Source: Macrostomum hystrix (lineage: Eukaryota; Animalia; Platyhelminthes). Taken from it: a stretch of 64,000 nucleotides of DNA. The stretch lies in assembly GCA_950097015.1 (NCBI GenBank), contig CATNEN010000025.1, positions 3,038,001 through 3,102,000 of the forward strand, written 5' to 3'. This document shows, piece after piece, positions 1-11,090 of the stretch; within the stretch, counting starts at the first letter, position 1; each line of letters starts with the position of its first letter. The notes under the pieces are model-generated. The model was not told the DNA's origin. It did no database searches and worked only from the letters and a program-made list of their open reading frames with translations. A program made the position numbers and the translations under genes.

Positions 1-642
1 CAAAAAGCGAAACGGGAATATTTGTGGACGCAGAGAACAGGCTTGAGAATTGGGAGGGAAGAATAGAGCCGAGTGAAAGTTTTCGGAGTAACACACTTAG
101 CAATTAAACTCAACAGCTTTTTAGACTTAGTCATGGAGGCAGAAATTTCTACAGTGAACATTGCACAATGTCTTCTTCGCGGCTTATTCCTTAATCCTGG
201 CTCAGCGGGGAGCCAAGTGTTTTTGGACGAACTAATTCACCCAGTTACTAAATCTGACACAGGTCAATCGGAGGAGAACCAGCTGACTCATGACAATGGG
301 ACAGCTAACAAGTCCCCAGTTTCATCACGTGCCGAGTCTATCAGTATGGCCCACGATTTAATTTTGTTTAAACGGGTCACTTTTTGCGCGAAGAATTTAA
401 GCATTTGAGTTAAATGCATATATATATTTTTCAAAAATAAAACGAATAATTACTACTTACTTGTTTCATTAGAGTAGATTGGTGCGAAATTGAAAGCGTT
501 TCCTTATCGGATACACATGTTTATATTTGGCGGCCTAGAAACAGGCCCGTGGAAGAAGCGTTTCTGTACAGCATGCCTCTTAATATCCTAAATGCCTCAA
601 AGCGGAATCGATGTTTGTTGTTGTTGGCCTGTTTAGAATCTG

Positions 643-2980
643 ATGTCTTCCCCAAATAATCTGCCAGTTCCCAAGAGCCGCAACGTCGATAGACGCCATC
701 CGGCAGCTGCGGGCAGCACCGGCAGCAGCCTGGAGGTCAGCACCGGCACCGGCTCCGTCCGGTTGAGACGCCCCACCGCCGCAGGCGCCGGTGGTGGAGC
801 TTCGCCGAGTTGTCGGCCGGCGTCGCTGCGCGACAGTCAGCTGTCCGCTGCGTCAACGACATCCACAAAGTCGTCGATGGTGGATGCAACGGGTTAGTCG
901 TGGTTTTTGTAAAGCTTGAAAATGCAGAATCATTGATTCTCTTGAGGTTACTTCTCAACAACCATGAGAAACATTGAATCTGACCCTCGGCAAGGCTCAG
1001 TTACAAAACATCATATTCGCGTCATTTAAGGCCACAAATAATATTGGTCAGTCTTTTTAAAAAGCTGACCCCTACAGCTGGAAATAAGGCTTGCAGGATA
1101 GTGGTGCAATTTAAGCCCATGATGACCGAACTCCAACCTGCTTGAAGATGAGAAAGTCAGGGCGGATGTACACACCTGCGTGAGCATGTCTGAGCGATGT
1201 ATGTGTGCGTGTGTGCTCAGAGGACAGCGGAATGGGTAGAATTGGAAACCGTCTGACATTGGCCCCTGCACTCAACTTCGACAGCGATTAACAAACGCCG
1301 CGCCAAGGCCCCGGACGCAGTCAGGCTCAGTCAACTCGCCCAGCCTCGAGCGCACGTCGCTGTCGCTGAAGCCCAACAGTCGTCGACGCTGAAGCGTCCA
1401 GCCAAGCAGCCGAAGTCCTCGCCGTCAGCCCCGCCGCAGCAGCAGCAGCAGCAGCGAGCGAGCGCACAAGCTCGGCAGAAATCTCCAGTTGCAACTCTGA
1501 TGACAAAGTCGATGGTGGAGCTGCCCTCGTCTAAGAAGGCCAAGGTGAGTGTGAAACATTTTACGAAAAAAAGCTTAATACATAATCATTCAAATAACAC
1601 AACGTTGACCAGACCATCCATCTTGTGATTCAAAGATTTGATTTAAATGACGTCAATTCAACTTGCAATTCTGCAGGGTGTCACCGGGGCTGTTGACAAA
1701 TCAACAGGCGCCTCCGTGCCGCCCGCGGTCATGTCCTGCTCGACGCTCGGCCTCCCGACGACGCGGCCGCGCTCCGTCCGACCAACTCAGCTGGCGCTAC
1801 CGAAGGCTCAGTCGGTCGCCGAGCTGCCGTCCTTGAGACGCGCGGCTGTCACCATCGCCCCGGTCGCCACCGTGGTCGAGACGGCGTCGGAGGAGGACAC
1901 CACAGCGTCATCGACATCGTTGGCTGAGGCGTGCGAGGCGAAGCGACGCTTCGAGGAGCAGCGCCGTTTGCACCGGGAGCGGCTGGAGGCTGAGCGGCGC
2001 GCTGAAGAGGAGCGCCGACGCGCAGAAGAAGAATTCCGACGCAAGCGCGCCGAAGAGCAGCGGCGCCGCGAGGAGGCAGAGCGGGCGACGCAGGAAGCAG
2101 AGCGGGCAGCTCTTGAGGAGCAGCGAGAAGCGGCGGAGCTTGCGGCAGCAGCCGAAGCTGAGGAGCGGAAACGCGCTGAGGAAGAGCGCCTGCGCTTGGT
2201 GAGCACTGCGGACGATAATGCTATGCTCATGGGACAGTCCAGGTTTCATATCTGATTCCTTACAATATCACCTCCCAAAAACTTTTTAAGGAGGCCGATG
2301 CGGTTAAAGAAGCGCGTGAACGCGAGGAGGCGGCTCTAGCAGTGCAGCTGGCTGCCGAGGAAGCGGCCCGTCAGGAGCGTCGCCGCCGCCTTGAGGCCAT
2401 AATGAACCGCGTTAAGCCGGCCGCTAACGCAGCCGCAGCTTTCACCGCAGCTGGAGCGGCGGCAAGCGCGACCGCCTCTGTAACTGCTTCGGTAGCAACT
2501 GCGGGTGCCGCCGCTGCCGCTGCTGCCGCCGTCGCGCCTACTAGAAACTCGCCAATGACTGCATCGATGCCGCCGACTGTGCTGGCTGCAGAGCTGCAGC
2601 AGCCGCAGTCACCTCAGTCGCCGGCCGATCTTGCGGTGCTGGCCGATCGGCTGAAGGGCACGAAGGCGGCGGAGATTCTGGCTCGGCGCAGCGGCAGTCA
2701 GAACACGTTGCTGACGCCTTCAGTGTCAGTGGCCGACGTTTCCAACGTAGTCGCAGGGGACGTTGCCGACGTTGCGGACGCCCAGGTAAAGTCGCGGCTG
2801 GCCGCCGTTCGAGCCAGACTGAGGCCGGCCACGACGTTCTCCGCAGGAGAGGCGACTCCGCCCTCGTCGCCTACACCCGCTGCAACGACGACAACCGAGG
2901 TGGCGAAGGACGAGGATGCGGAGAGTGGCGTCAGCTCTCCGCAGTCGGCTCTCGGCGATGGCGACCTGATGGCCATGTGA
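643..2980 (+). CDS. MAP7: MAP7/ensconsin-like microtubule-associated protein (4 exons; 5' end may lie further upstream)
   Basis: Exons 643(or 668)-892, 1285-1544, 1677-2198, 2291-2980 join with GT-AG sites and consistent phases. The product has an E/R/A-rich coiled coil followed by ERRRRLEAIMNRVK, resembling the MAP7 C-terminal signature RKKRLEEIMKRTR (recalled family motif). Confidence 0.7.
1100..1244 (+). mobile_element. SINE family A, degenerate 5'-truncated copy in MAP7-like intron
   Basis: Contains gatgagaaagtcagggcggatgtacacacctg...gtgtgcgtgtgtgctcag, matching the family A body. Boundaries approximate. Confidence 0.7.
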
Positions 2981-5148
2981 AAATCCACGTTGAACTCAAC
3001 TATTTCTTTCGCCTCTCTCAAAGCAGATTCAGTCCTTCGAAGTTTAGGATTTAAAAGTAGCAGTGCAAAACTACCGAACACAGAAAATAATCAAATCTTT
3101 TTCTACTGCGCTAGATTTTTGTTTCCATGGCTAAAAAGCCAGTTTTTACACATTCAATGAACGGTTTTCGGATTCCTAAATTGCTTATTCTTCACTCAGA
3201 TATCCTGCATGCCATTACCTATTCGGCACCTTCCTCAAACTGACAGGCATTCCAAAGCACCAATCAGTCATACTCGCTGTGCTATTCGGTTTCATTGTCT
3301 AGTCTACTCATTTCAACCATGCTTTATTTAGAGTCACTTCTTTTAGTCTTGATGACCATGCGAGCCAGTGCTGTTTGCGCTAGAAGTGATTGTGCTTTGA
3401 TGTTGCTTTCTATTGGCTGTGCTAGCGTCGAGGTTAAGAAAGCTTTCGGATTTATGGATAGTGCTGGACAAGGCATGGAATCATATATTCTAAGTCTATT
3501 ATTCACGCGAATGCAAGACAAGCCTCAGAGCCAAACAAAAGGAGCTCCCAAATGCGGCCTATGTAGTAGTAGGTCGCGGGTTCGACTCCTGCTGACAGCG
3601 TCCCTGCGGCTAAGATTATTTTAGTCGGGGTGTTCGACGCTGTCCTGGAGTGCCTTCGGTTCTGAGTACGTTGTTGAGCTTAGCGCGTGCAGAGAGCACA
3701 TATTTGTAGACTCGTTATTATCTATGGCTAAACCTGCCTTGTCTGGACACAAGGAGAATGGAATAGCCATTTTTTGGAAACGGAATGTAAAAAATGTATT
3801 TCACGTTTTAGCTGTTGCTAAAAATAGCAAAAACCTATAAATAGACGGTGCTATTTTTAGAAAATCAATAAAATCTAAAAATAGTCAATGCCTTTTAACT
3901 AAATCGGTTGGGAAGCTATTCTTAAACTCTTTAATCAAACACACGCTACTGACCGTCAGCAAGTGACTTGATTGAGCTAATTTCTGAGACCTCCCGCTAG
4001 CAAGCGTGTTTTCAGTGTTTTATCAGCAACTTTCCGTTCGCTTTTTTAGTGACTGAATTTTTCTCTCCTTTTTCTTTTAAAGCTTTTCTCACTTTTGAAC
4101 TGACAATTGATCAGTCTTTGTACGTATTGGCGTCGATTTCTGTAATTGTAAATGCTTACTTGTGTTTTGCCGGCAACACTGGGCTCCACTTATGCATCAA
4201 GCTTCAGAGAAAGAAGTGCAACTCAAAAAACTTTGACCCTTTTTCGAATCCTTCAGCTGTGAAAAAATTTATCGATATCAAAAAATCACATTATCGCCAA
4301 AACTATAAGAAAAATGTTTAAGCAATTTTGCTGTGTTTTTTGGGGGCACGCATTTGATTCTGCAAGTACATATCAGACATTGTCAGACAGCTTGACGATA
4401 TAAGCTTTTCCCATCGCACCATTTTGAAATCTCTTGACGCTGTAGTTTAACTTCTAGAGGAAGTTGGAGAGACAAAAAATTGAAAATATAAAAACTTTGC
4501 ACTAATAAGTGCGCCTCTGTGCTGTCATGATATTCCAGGGTGTTTCAGTTGACATTTACTTTGACTTCTGCTTTCAAATAGCTTACAAATGCATAGAAAG
4601 ACCACACTAGAAAGAATGACTGATTTTCGTGGAAATTGATAGCCGACATTGCTACATGATGAAATTTTGTGAGCAGAAAAAGTATGCCTACATTTGTGCT
4701 TCTTGCTACCAGACACTCCGACGAGAATTGTTGAATATCTCGACGATGTCGATGTTTTGCATGTGATTCTGGAAGCTGTTTCATCGGATAGAGTTGAATA
4801 TTTTGAAAGATACAGAAAAAAATTGCGGGTATTTGAAATGAAAGCCCTGGTCTGTCTACTGTTAATGAAGCAAATAAAGAGACAATTTAACTTTTGACTT
4901 CAATGAAGCATGCTAAATCTAGATTAGGTACGCAAAGCTGTCGCCCTGTACGGATCGTTTGGTAATGAAATGAAAAATGCGTCACAGAGAGAGTCGAGGA
5001 CCCTCTGGCCTGTTGCTTATCAGTTGAAGGGGGAATGTGCAAAGACTGCTCAACAGTTATATTATCAGGTCGAGCCAGTTAAAGGCCAGGCGCAGCGGAA
5101 AGATTAACATAGAACATTTTCAGTTTAGAAGTATCGAAGCTGGCCGAC

Positions 5149-8100
5149 ATGACCGTTGAAGCGACCTCGGCAAAGATGTCGACGGAGGCGTCCGTGAACA
5201 AGATTCGCATCCGGCGTCGCCGGCGAGGACCAGCGATGCTGTTTCTGGCTGGCTGGCTGGTCGCCTCGGCGTTGTTTGGTGCCGGGAGCAACACCTGGCG
5301 AGAGGACGGCGACTCCGTTGCCAGCTTTGAGTCAGGTTCGCAGAAATTTTTCTCAGCTTTGTTTTCCCCTTCTTTCTTGTTTGAGTTACGGACTTTGAAA
5401 AAACAAAAACTTCAAGAATGGTAAAAGTTTCAGGGGTTGAGTGGCACAGCGGTCAACGCGTTTGCCTCTCGCACCAAGTTTCGATTCCGCGGCGAGGCCA
5501 CCTTTTTTGGGTTACATTTGGGGGCTTGTCGTGCAATTTACGCCCTTTAAGGCCAACCTCCAAGGCACAGTGAAAGTGTACACTGCCTGACGATGAGAAA
5601 GTCAGGGCAGATGTACACACCTGTGTGAGCGTGTGCCTGCGTACAGTATCTGTGTGCATGTGTGCTCAGGAGTCAGCGAAATGGGGAGAATTGCCTCCTC
5701 GCTGGCTGCAGGTCTTGTGTCACCGAATGGTGTGCCATTGCCCTCCTGCAACTATTATTATTATTTATTTATTTATTTATTAAAAGTGTCAAGTGTCATC
5801 TAGTAATTACTTTTGTTGTCTTTGTCATTCGTGGAAGTGGCAGCCAGTCTATGGCCGATCTCATACTCCGAAGTAGATCAATGAGATCTTTAGATCATGA
5901 GATCTGTAGATCAACAAGATGAATGAATTCTGAAACGAGTAATTTTTTTCTTCTCGTGAGCAAGTAACTGACCAGCCTAAACCGAAGAACTATATAGTTG
6001 TTAACTGTTTTTAAAAATAGCGATAAGGGCGTAGGTATATAAAGGGAAAAGGCAATACAGAGAGAGATAAGGCTGCATGACTTGCTTAGGATTGCGCCGG
6101 TGAGTGAGCAATGCACACGGGCAGCTCATCCAAATCGTGCGGGTGTTTTCTTATGCCGGAAAATCTGTACTTGGAGGACGTTGGGTACTGAAGTTTGCAA
6201 ATAGACAGAGAGTAGATTTTAGAAAGCATTATTAATGCTTTAAATGATACACTGTGCTAAGTGAACTTGACAAGGACATATTCCGTAAAAAACATTGCAC
6301 GAAAGCAAACCAAAAGCCTCTAAAGACCGGAATATTCACCGGAAAATTCATCGGACCCGATGATTAACAAATAATAAACCTTTGAAAAAAGCCGTGAAGT
6401 GACGTGAAAAAGAAGGTGTCGTGGTGTGCCACGGTTTCCGTAGGAGTGATGCGAGAGCAAAGCCAGTCATGGTTTCGGCCATAGACATCTTAGGATGGCA
6501 GGGTAAGGTCAGTGACCTCCTGACGTCAAACCCGAAACTTCATACAACCCGAAAATTCCAAAGAACCTAAGAAATCCTAAAGCCCAAAAATCCGAAAGGT
6601 AAATCTAAAAAAACAGCAAGAGACACTTAACATCCAGAAGCCGGAAATTAAAAAGTCCTAAAGCTGACATTTTGCTACCGAAACTCAGGCCGGCCGGGTC
6701 GTCACCTGCTGGAGCAGGTGCTGCCGGTCGAGGAGGGCAAGAACGCCTGCACGCCTCGCTCAGTGGAGACATTCCCGCCGGATCTGTTCACCCTCGAGCA
6801 GAAGCGGCAAGGCGCCATCATCGTTCACATTCTGGTCTCAGTCTGGCTGTTCGCCTCTCTGGCTGTTGTGTGCGATGACTACTTTGTGTCCTCGCTGGAG
6901 GTCATCTGCGATGGTAGGGATTTAATTTCATTCCGATTCATTTCTCCCCGACTGAATTTCAATTTGCAGCCCAGCCTGAAGCCGTACGCAACTGAAACCC
7001 TTGCAGTGTTGGGCCTGAAGCCCGACGTGGCCGGAGCCACCTTCATGGCCGCGGGCAGCTCAGCGCCGGAACTCTTCACCTCCGTCATCGGTGTCTTCCT
7101 GGCCAAGAGCGACGTCGGCATCAGCACCATTGTCGGCAGTGCCGTATTCAACATCCTTTTCATCATCAGCATGTGCGGCATCTTCGCCACCCAGATCATC
7201 TACTTGTCCTGGTGGCCAATATTTCGCGACTGCGGCTATTACTGTCTCAGCGTCGTGGCGCTCATTGTGGTCATACAGAACGGATTCGTGGACTGGTGAG
7301 GCTGCAGACATTACCACCAAGTCTATCAATCCCACTCGACATCGCCAATATAGTCTGTAATCTTAGTTACAGATATTAGAGATACTGTTAATAATATACT
7401 CGTACTATTGTGGGCTCAACAAGAGGCTGTTGGCAATGGCACATGATTTGGTAACACTAGACCTGCAGCCAGCGAGGAGGCAACTCTGCCCATTTCGCTG
7501 ACTCCTGAGCACACACGCACACAGATACTGTACGCAGGCAGTGGGATCTTCGAGGGATGTACAGGTGTGTACATCTGCCTTGACTTTCTTATCGTCAGGC
7601 ACTGTACACTCTTACTGTGCATTAAGAGTTGGCCCAACATGGAGGTTGGCCCTCAAGGGCGTAAATTGCACGACAAGCCCCCAAGCCTTCACTCTGTGGC
7701 TGCGCCAAAAAATCAATCGAGCTCAGGGACCCTGTTGAGAGAGGCAAACGCGTTAAACCGTTCTGCCATGTAGCAGATGTACACTGAGATATTGCAGGGT
7801 TCTCTAAATAGTCGGTGGTATAGCAACACTGCAAGCACTCAAAATTGAGGTACCTTTACCTTGTCTTTAACAATAACTGACAGGTACGAATCCGTTATCT
7901 TCGTGGTGATGTACGCTCTGTACATTGTCATCATGTACTTCAACGAGCGCCTGGACCAGCTGGTCTCCTCGCGCTTTCCCAGCCTGGGCACCGGAGCCAC
8001 GGCCGCGGCCGCCGGCGGAGTCAGACGCCTTGAAGAGTCCAACGTGGACGATGAGCGAGTGGCCATTGTGCCCTCCTCCGGAGAGGGCGCCACCACAACC

Positions 8101-10087
8101 TATGCCCAACTGTCGCTGGGGAACGAAAAGAATGGACGTAAGGATCTTGGGAGTGCACTTTTCTGTCGTTCGTATTTTATTTTGAAGCTCGTGAATTGAT
8201 CTTTTTTCGATCGAGTCGAGCACAGCTGTGAAGAGGCGAAGCGGTAGCACGCCCAGTTTTTTTCGCCACGATTCTGCTTTTTCCGGATTGTTAACGAGAC
8301 AAATATAAACTCTGACATAACACTACAGATGTATAATTGGTAGAACTAATATTGTTATACAGAAGCAACAGGCTCTAGTTTCGAAACCAAAACACCGCGG
8401 TGCGACGGTGCACCTGCACGGTGTCAAAAATTACAATACATTACATATACAACGTCGAACTAACCTACCTAAGCTGTAATGAATACTGAAATACTGAATT
8501 TGCTGGATCTGGGTATGTGACTACATTTGCAGGTTAATTTAATTTGCAATTAACCTTTGAAATTAACACACGAACATCATTGCGATAGTATAATTTCCTA
8601 ACCTTAAGATTCCTAAACAATAACTGCAATGGCTTATATAATATTATAGGCAGCTGCCATGTGTGGCGAAAAATCCAATCGATGGATAAAACTCCCAACA
8701 AAAGTTTGCGTCCTCCTTCAAACCAGAGGTTTGCGAGAATGCTCAAAAGTGCATGTTCAATAATTTCATGCCATTGTGTCCGTGCAACTCTCTAACAAAA
8801 CAGAGGAGGCCGGAGACAGCAACGTTGAGGAGTTTGAATCACCGCTAACAATGCCCCAGGGACTGGGCAAGCGCATCTACTGGGCGGTCATGCTGCCCTG
8901 GTCCTGCGTATTCATTCTCACGATACCCGACTGCCGCAGGCCGGGACGTTGGCGCAAATTGTTCTTCGTCACCTTCCTGATGAGCGTTGTGTGGATTGCG
9001 GGCCTGAGCTACCTGCTGGTGTGGATGGTGTGCGCGGTTGGTGAGCAAAACTACTCTCTTCCAAACCATATAAAAAAATAATAATTGCAGGAGGACTGCA
9101 GGCGATGGCACATCATTTGGTGACACTAGACCCGCAGCCAGCGAGGAAGCAATTCAGCACATTTCGCTGACTCCTGAGCACACACGCACACAGATACTGT
9201 ACGCAGGCACACGCTCACACAGGTGTGTACATCTGCCCTGACTTTCTCATCGTCAGGCAGTGTAAATTTCACTGTACCTTGGAGATCGGCCCTCAAGGGC
9301 GTAAATTGCACGACAAATGTGACTCCCTTCACATTGTGACTCCCTTCTTTCTGCGGCTGCGCTCCAAATAAATGTGGCCTTGCCAGGGAATCGAGCTCAG
9401 GGACCTTGGTGCGAGAGGCAAACGCGTTAACCGCTCTGCCACCGACCCCTTCCAAAGCCCATAGTTTCCTTAACTCTCAATTCTGAAATAACAAAGCCGA
9501 AATCTGAACTTCACAATTTGATTATTTTTACTAATCTCGTATGTACTCTCATCATTCAGGTGACACCCTAGGCATACCGGACACTGTGATGGGCCTGACC
9601 ATCCTTGCCGCGGGCACCTCGGTGCCAGACGCCATGGCCAGCGTCTTTGTCGCCAGAGATGGTACACTCTATAATGAGGAGAAGATCTATCACTATATGA
9701 GGCAAAAGAGTGCTTCACAACAGCTACTAATCCCTTATTTAATGTCCCACAGGCTTTGGCGACATGGCTGTCTCCAACAGCATCGGCAGCAATGTGTTCG
9801 ACATCCTGGTTGGCCTCGGCGTGCCCTGGTTCATCGAGACCATCTTCCGCAATCCTGGCGGCACTGTGCTCGTGAATTCTAACGGCCTGACCTACTCCAC
9901 CATCATGCTACTGTCCACCGTTGTCTTCCTATTCGTTGCCGTATACCTGAACAAGATGCGCTTGGACAAGAAGCTGGGCGCCGCCTGCTTCGTTGTCTAC
10001 TGTGTCTTTATTACCTTCTCCATCTTGTACGAGACGAACGTTTTCGGTGAAATGAACCCACCGCCATGCCCCAGGGAGCGGCTGTGA
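5149..10087 (+). CDS. SLC24: K+-dependent Na+/Ca2+ exchanger (SLC24/NCKX family), 7 exons, about 542 aa
   Basis: Exons 5149-5335, 6689-6913, 7007-7295, 7884-8137, 8804-9040, 9560-9661, 9753-10087; total 1629 nt, in frame. Alpha-1 repeat [17 protein letters not shown] and alpha-2 repeat [14 protein letters not shown]...[11 protein letters not shown] are present. Confidence 0.95.
5433..5780 (+). mobile_element. tRNA-derived SINE family A, full-length copy
   Basis: GGGG start, A box tggcacagcgg, B box ttcgattcc, conserved body, (TTA/TTTA)n tail; homologous to 7 other copies in the window. Confidence 0.88.
7430..7768 (-). mobile_element. SINE family A copy in NCKX intron 3
   Basis: Reverse complement matches the family A head (tggcagaacggtttaacgcg...gagctcgatt) and body. 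Confidence 0.88.
9079..9449 (-). mobile_element. SINE family A full-length copy in NCKX intron 5
   Basis: Reverse complement reads ggggtcggtggcagagcggttaacgcg...gagctcgattcc, followed by the body and an ATT tail. Confidence 0.9.
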
Positions 10088-10224
10088 AGCTGTTTAGGTC
10101 GCAACTGACTACTGACCATGCCTAGAAACTATGAGTAGTGTGGTTTAAACTAGTTTGTTATCTACTTGTGTTGAATCTGTACAATGCGATGCACAAATCA
10201 TTAGCAATTTCGAAGATAATAGTT

Positions 10225-10440
10225 ATTAACAATTGATTACACCTGCCCCAATTGGGCCATATGTGCAGCCGACAGCACAGTCGCAGCTATTGCATGGCGC
10301 AACTGAAGGCTGCGTACGGCTGTTCAGTCCATGGACAGGGAGGATTAAGTCTAGAGTAGTTTTGCCCAACTACACAAACTATTTCAGTGCGGTAATCGAA
10401 TCCCCCCCTTCAAGTCATGAGTTCGATGCTAAAAGTACTC
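10225..10440 (-). mobile_element. tRNA-derived SINE family B copy
   Basis: Reverse complement has the head gaactcatgacttgaagg..ttcgatt and the 3' domain gtccatggactgaa...aatagctgcgactgtgc...ggcccaattggggcaggtgtaat, shared with copies near 39.2, 40.6, 43.9 and 51.3 kb. Confidence 0.72.
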
Positions 10441-11090
10441 AAAAAGCGAAAAAAAAACTTGGAATCACTTCCATTAAAGAGAATGAGTCAATTTTATAAT
10501 GAAACATTCCGATTCCTAGTGCCTTCACTATCTCGTCTAAACTAATTTCTTCCTTTTATGTATATTTGATCCCCACTTAACATTCATTATGCGACCAAAC
10601 AAACGTGAATAAATATGCGAAACTTTGCGAGAAATTTTTCACTTTAAGCAACAAATTAGTAAATAAATTTGCGAGAATTTATTAAAATCTACGGTCATCT
10701 TGGGGATCAATTAATATTTCTAAACCGTTTATTAATAACCCGCTAAACTCCACATTGAGTTACACAAGCTAAAGAAATGTTTATCCTATTCTTCACTTCT
10801 TTTTTAAGCGAAGAGGACATTGTGCCGTACACCGAAATCCTCTTGATGCCGGATTTTAATCTTTTTAAATATATTTTTCCATTCTGAGGCCAACAAATAA
10901 CGGCACGCCTTATGAAGACACGCCTCAGAGCGTCTGAAATATAAACTATAGATAAAGCGAATTGCCTCGTATATTTTTCTTGGTCTACAGAATCTTGCGC
11001 TTTAAAAGGCGGCATCTGGTTGCATGCGCCTCATTCGGAATCATGAGACGATCGGAAAGCCAAATTAATTTTTTCGTTATCTGATCGGCT

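Noticed and set aside
1808-2249. Antisense ORFs over MAP7, NCKX, PDE9 and MFS exons
   Set aside because: Shadow ORFs of GC-rich coding exons.
4340-4900. Short matches to 59960-60070 (gaatatctcgacgatg, tttcacgaaaatcagtcat) as a DNA transposon
   Set aside because: Suggestive of an old MITE relic, but no terminal inverted repeats or boundaries could be defined.
5576-5618. SECIS element or box C/D snoRNA in the SINE A hairpin
   Set aside because: No AUGA/GA quartet at the stem base and no correctly placed C and D boxes; no in-frame TGA selenoprotein nearby.
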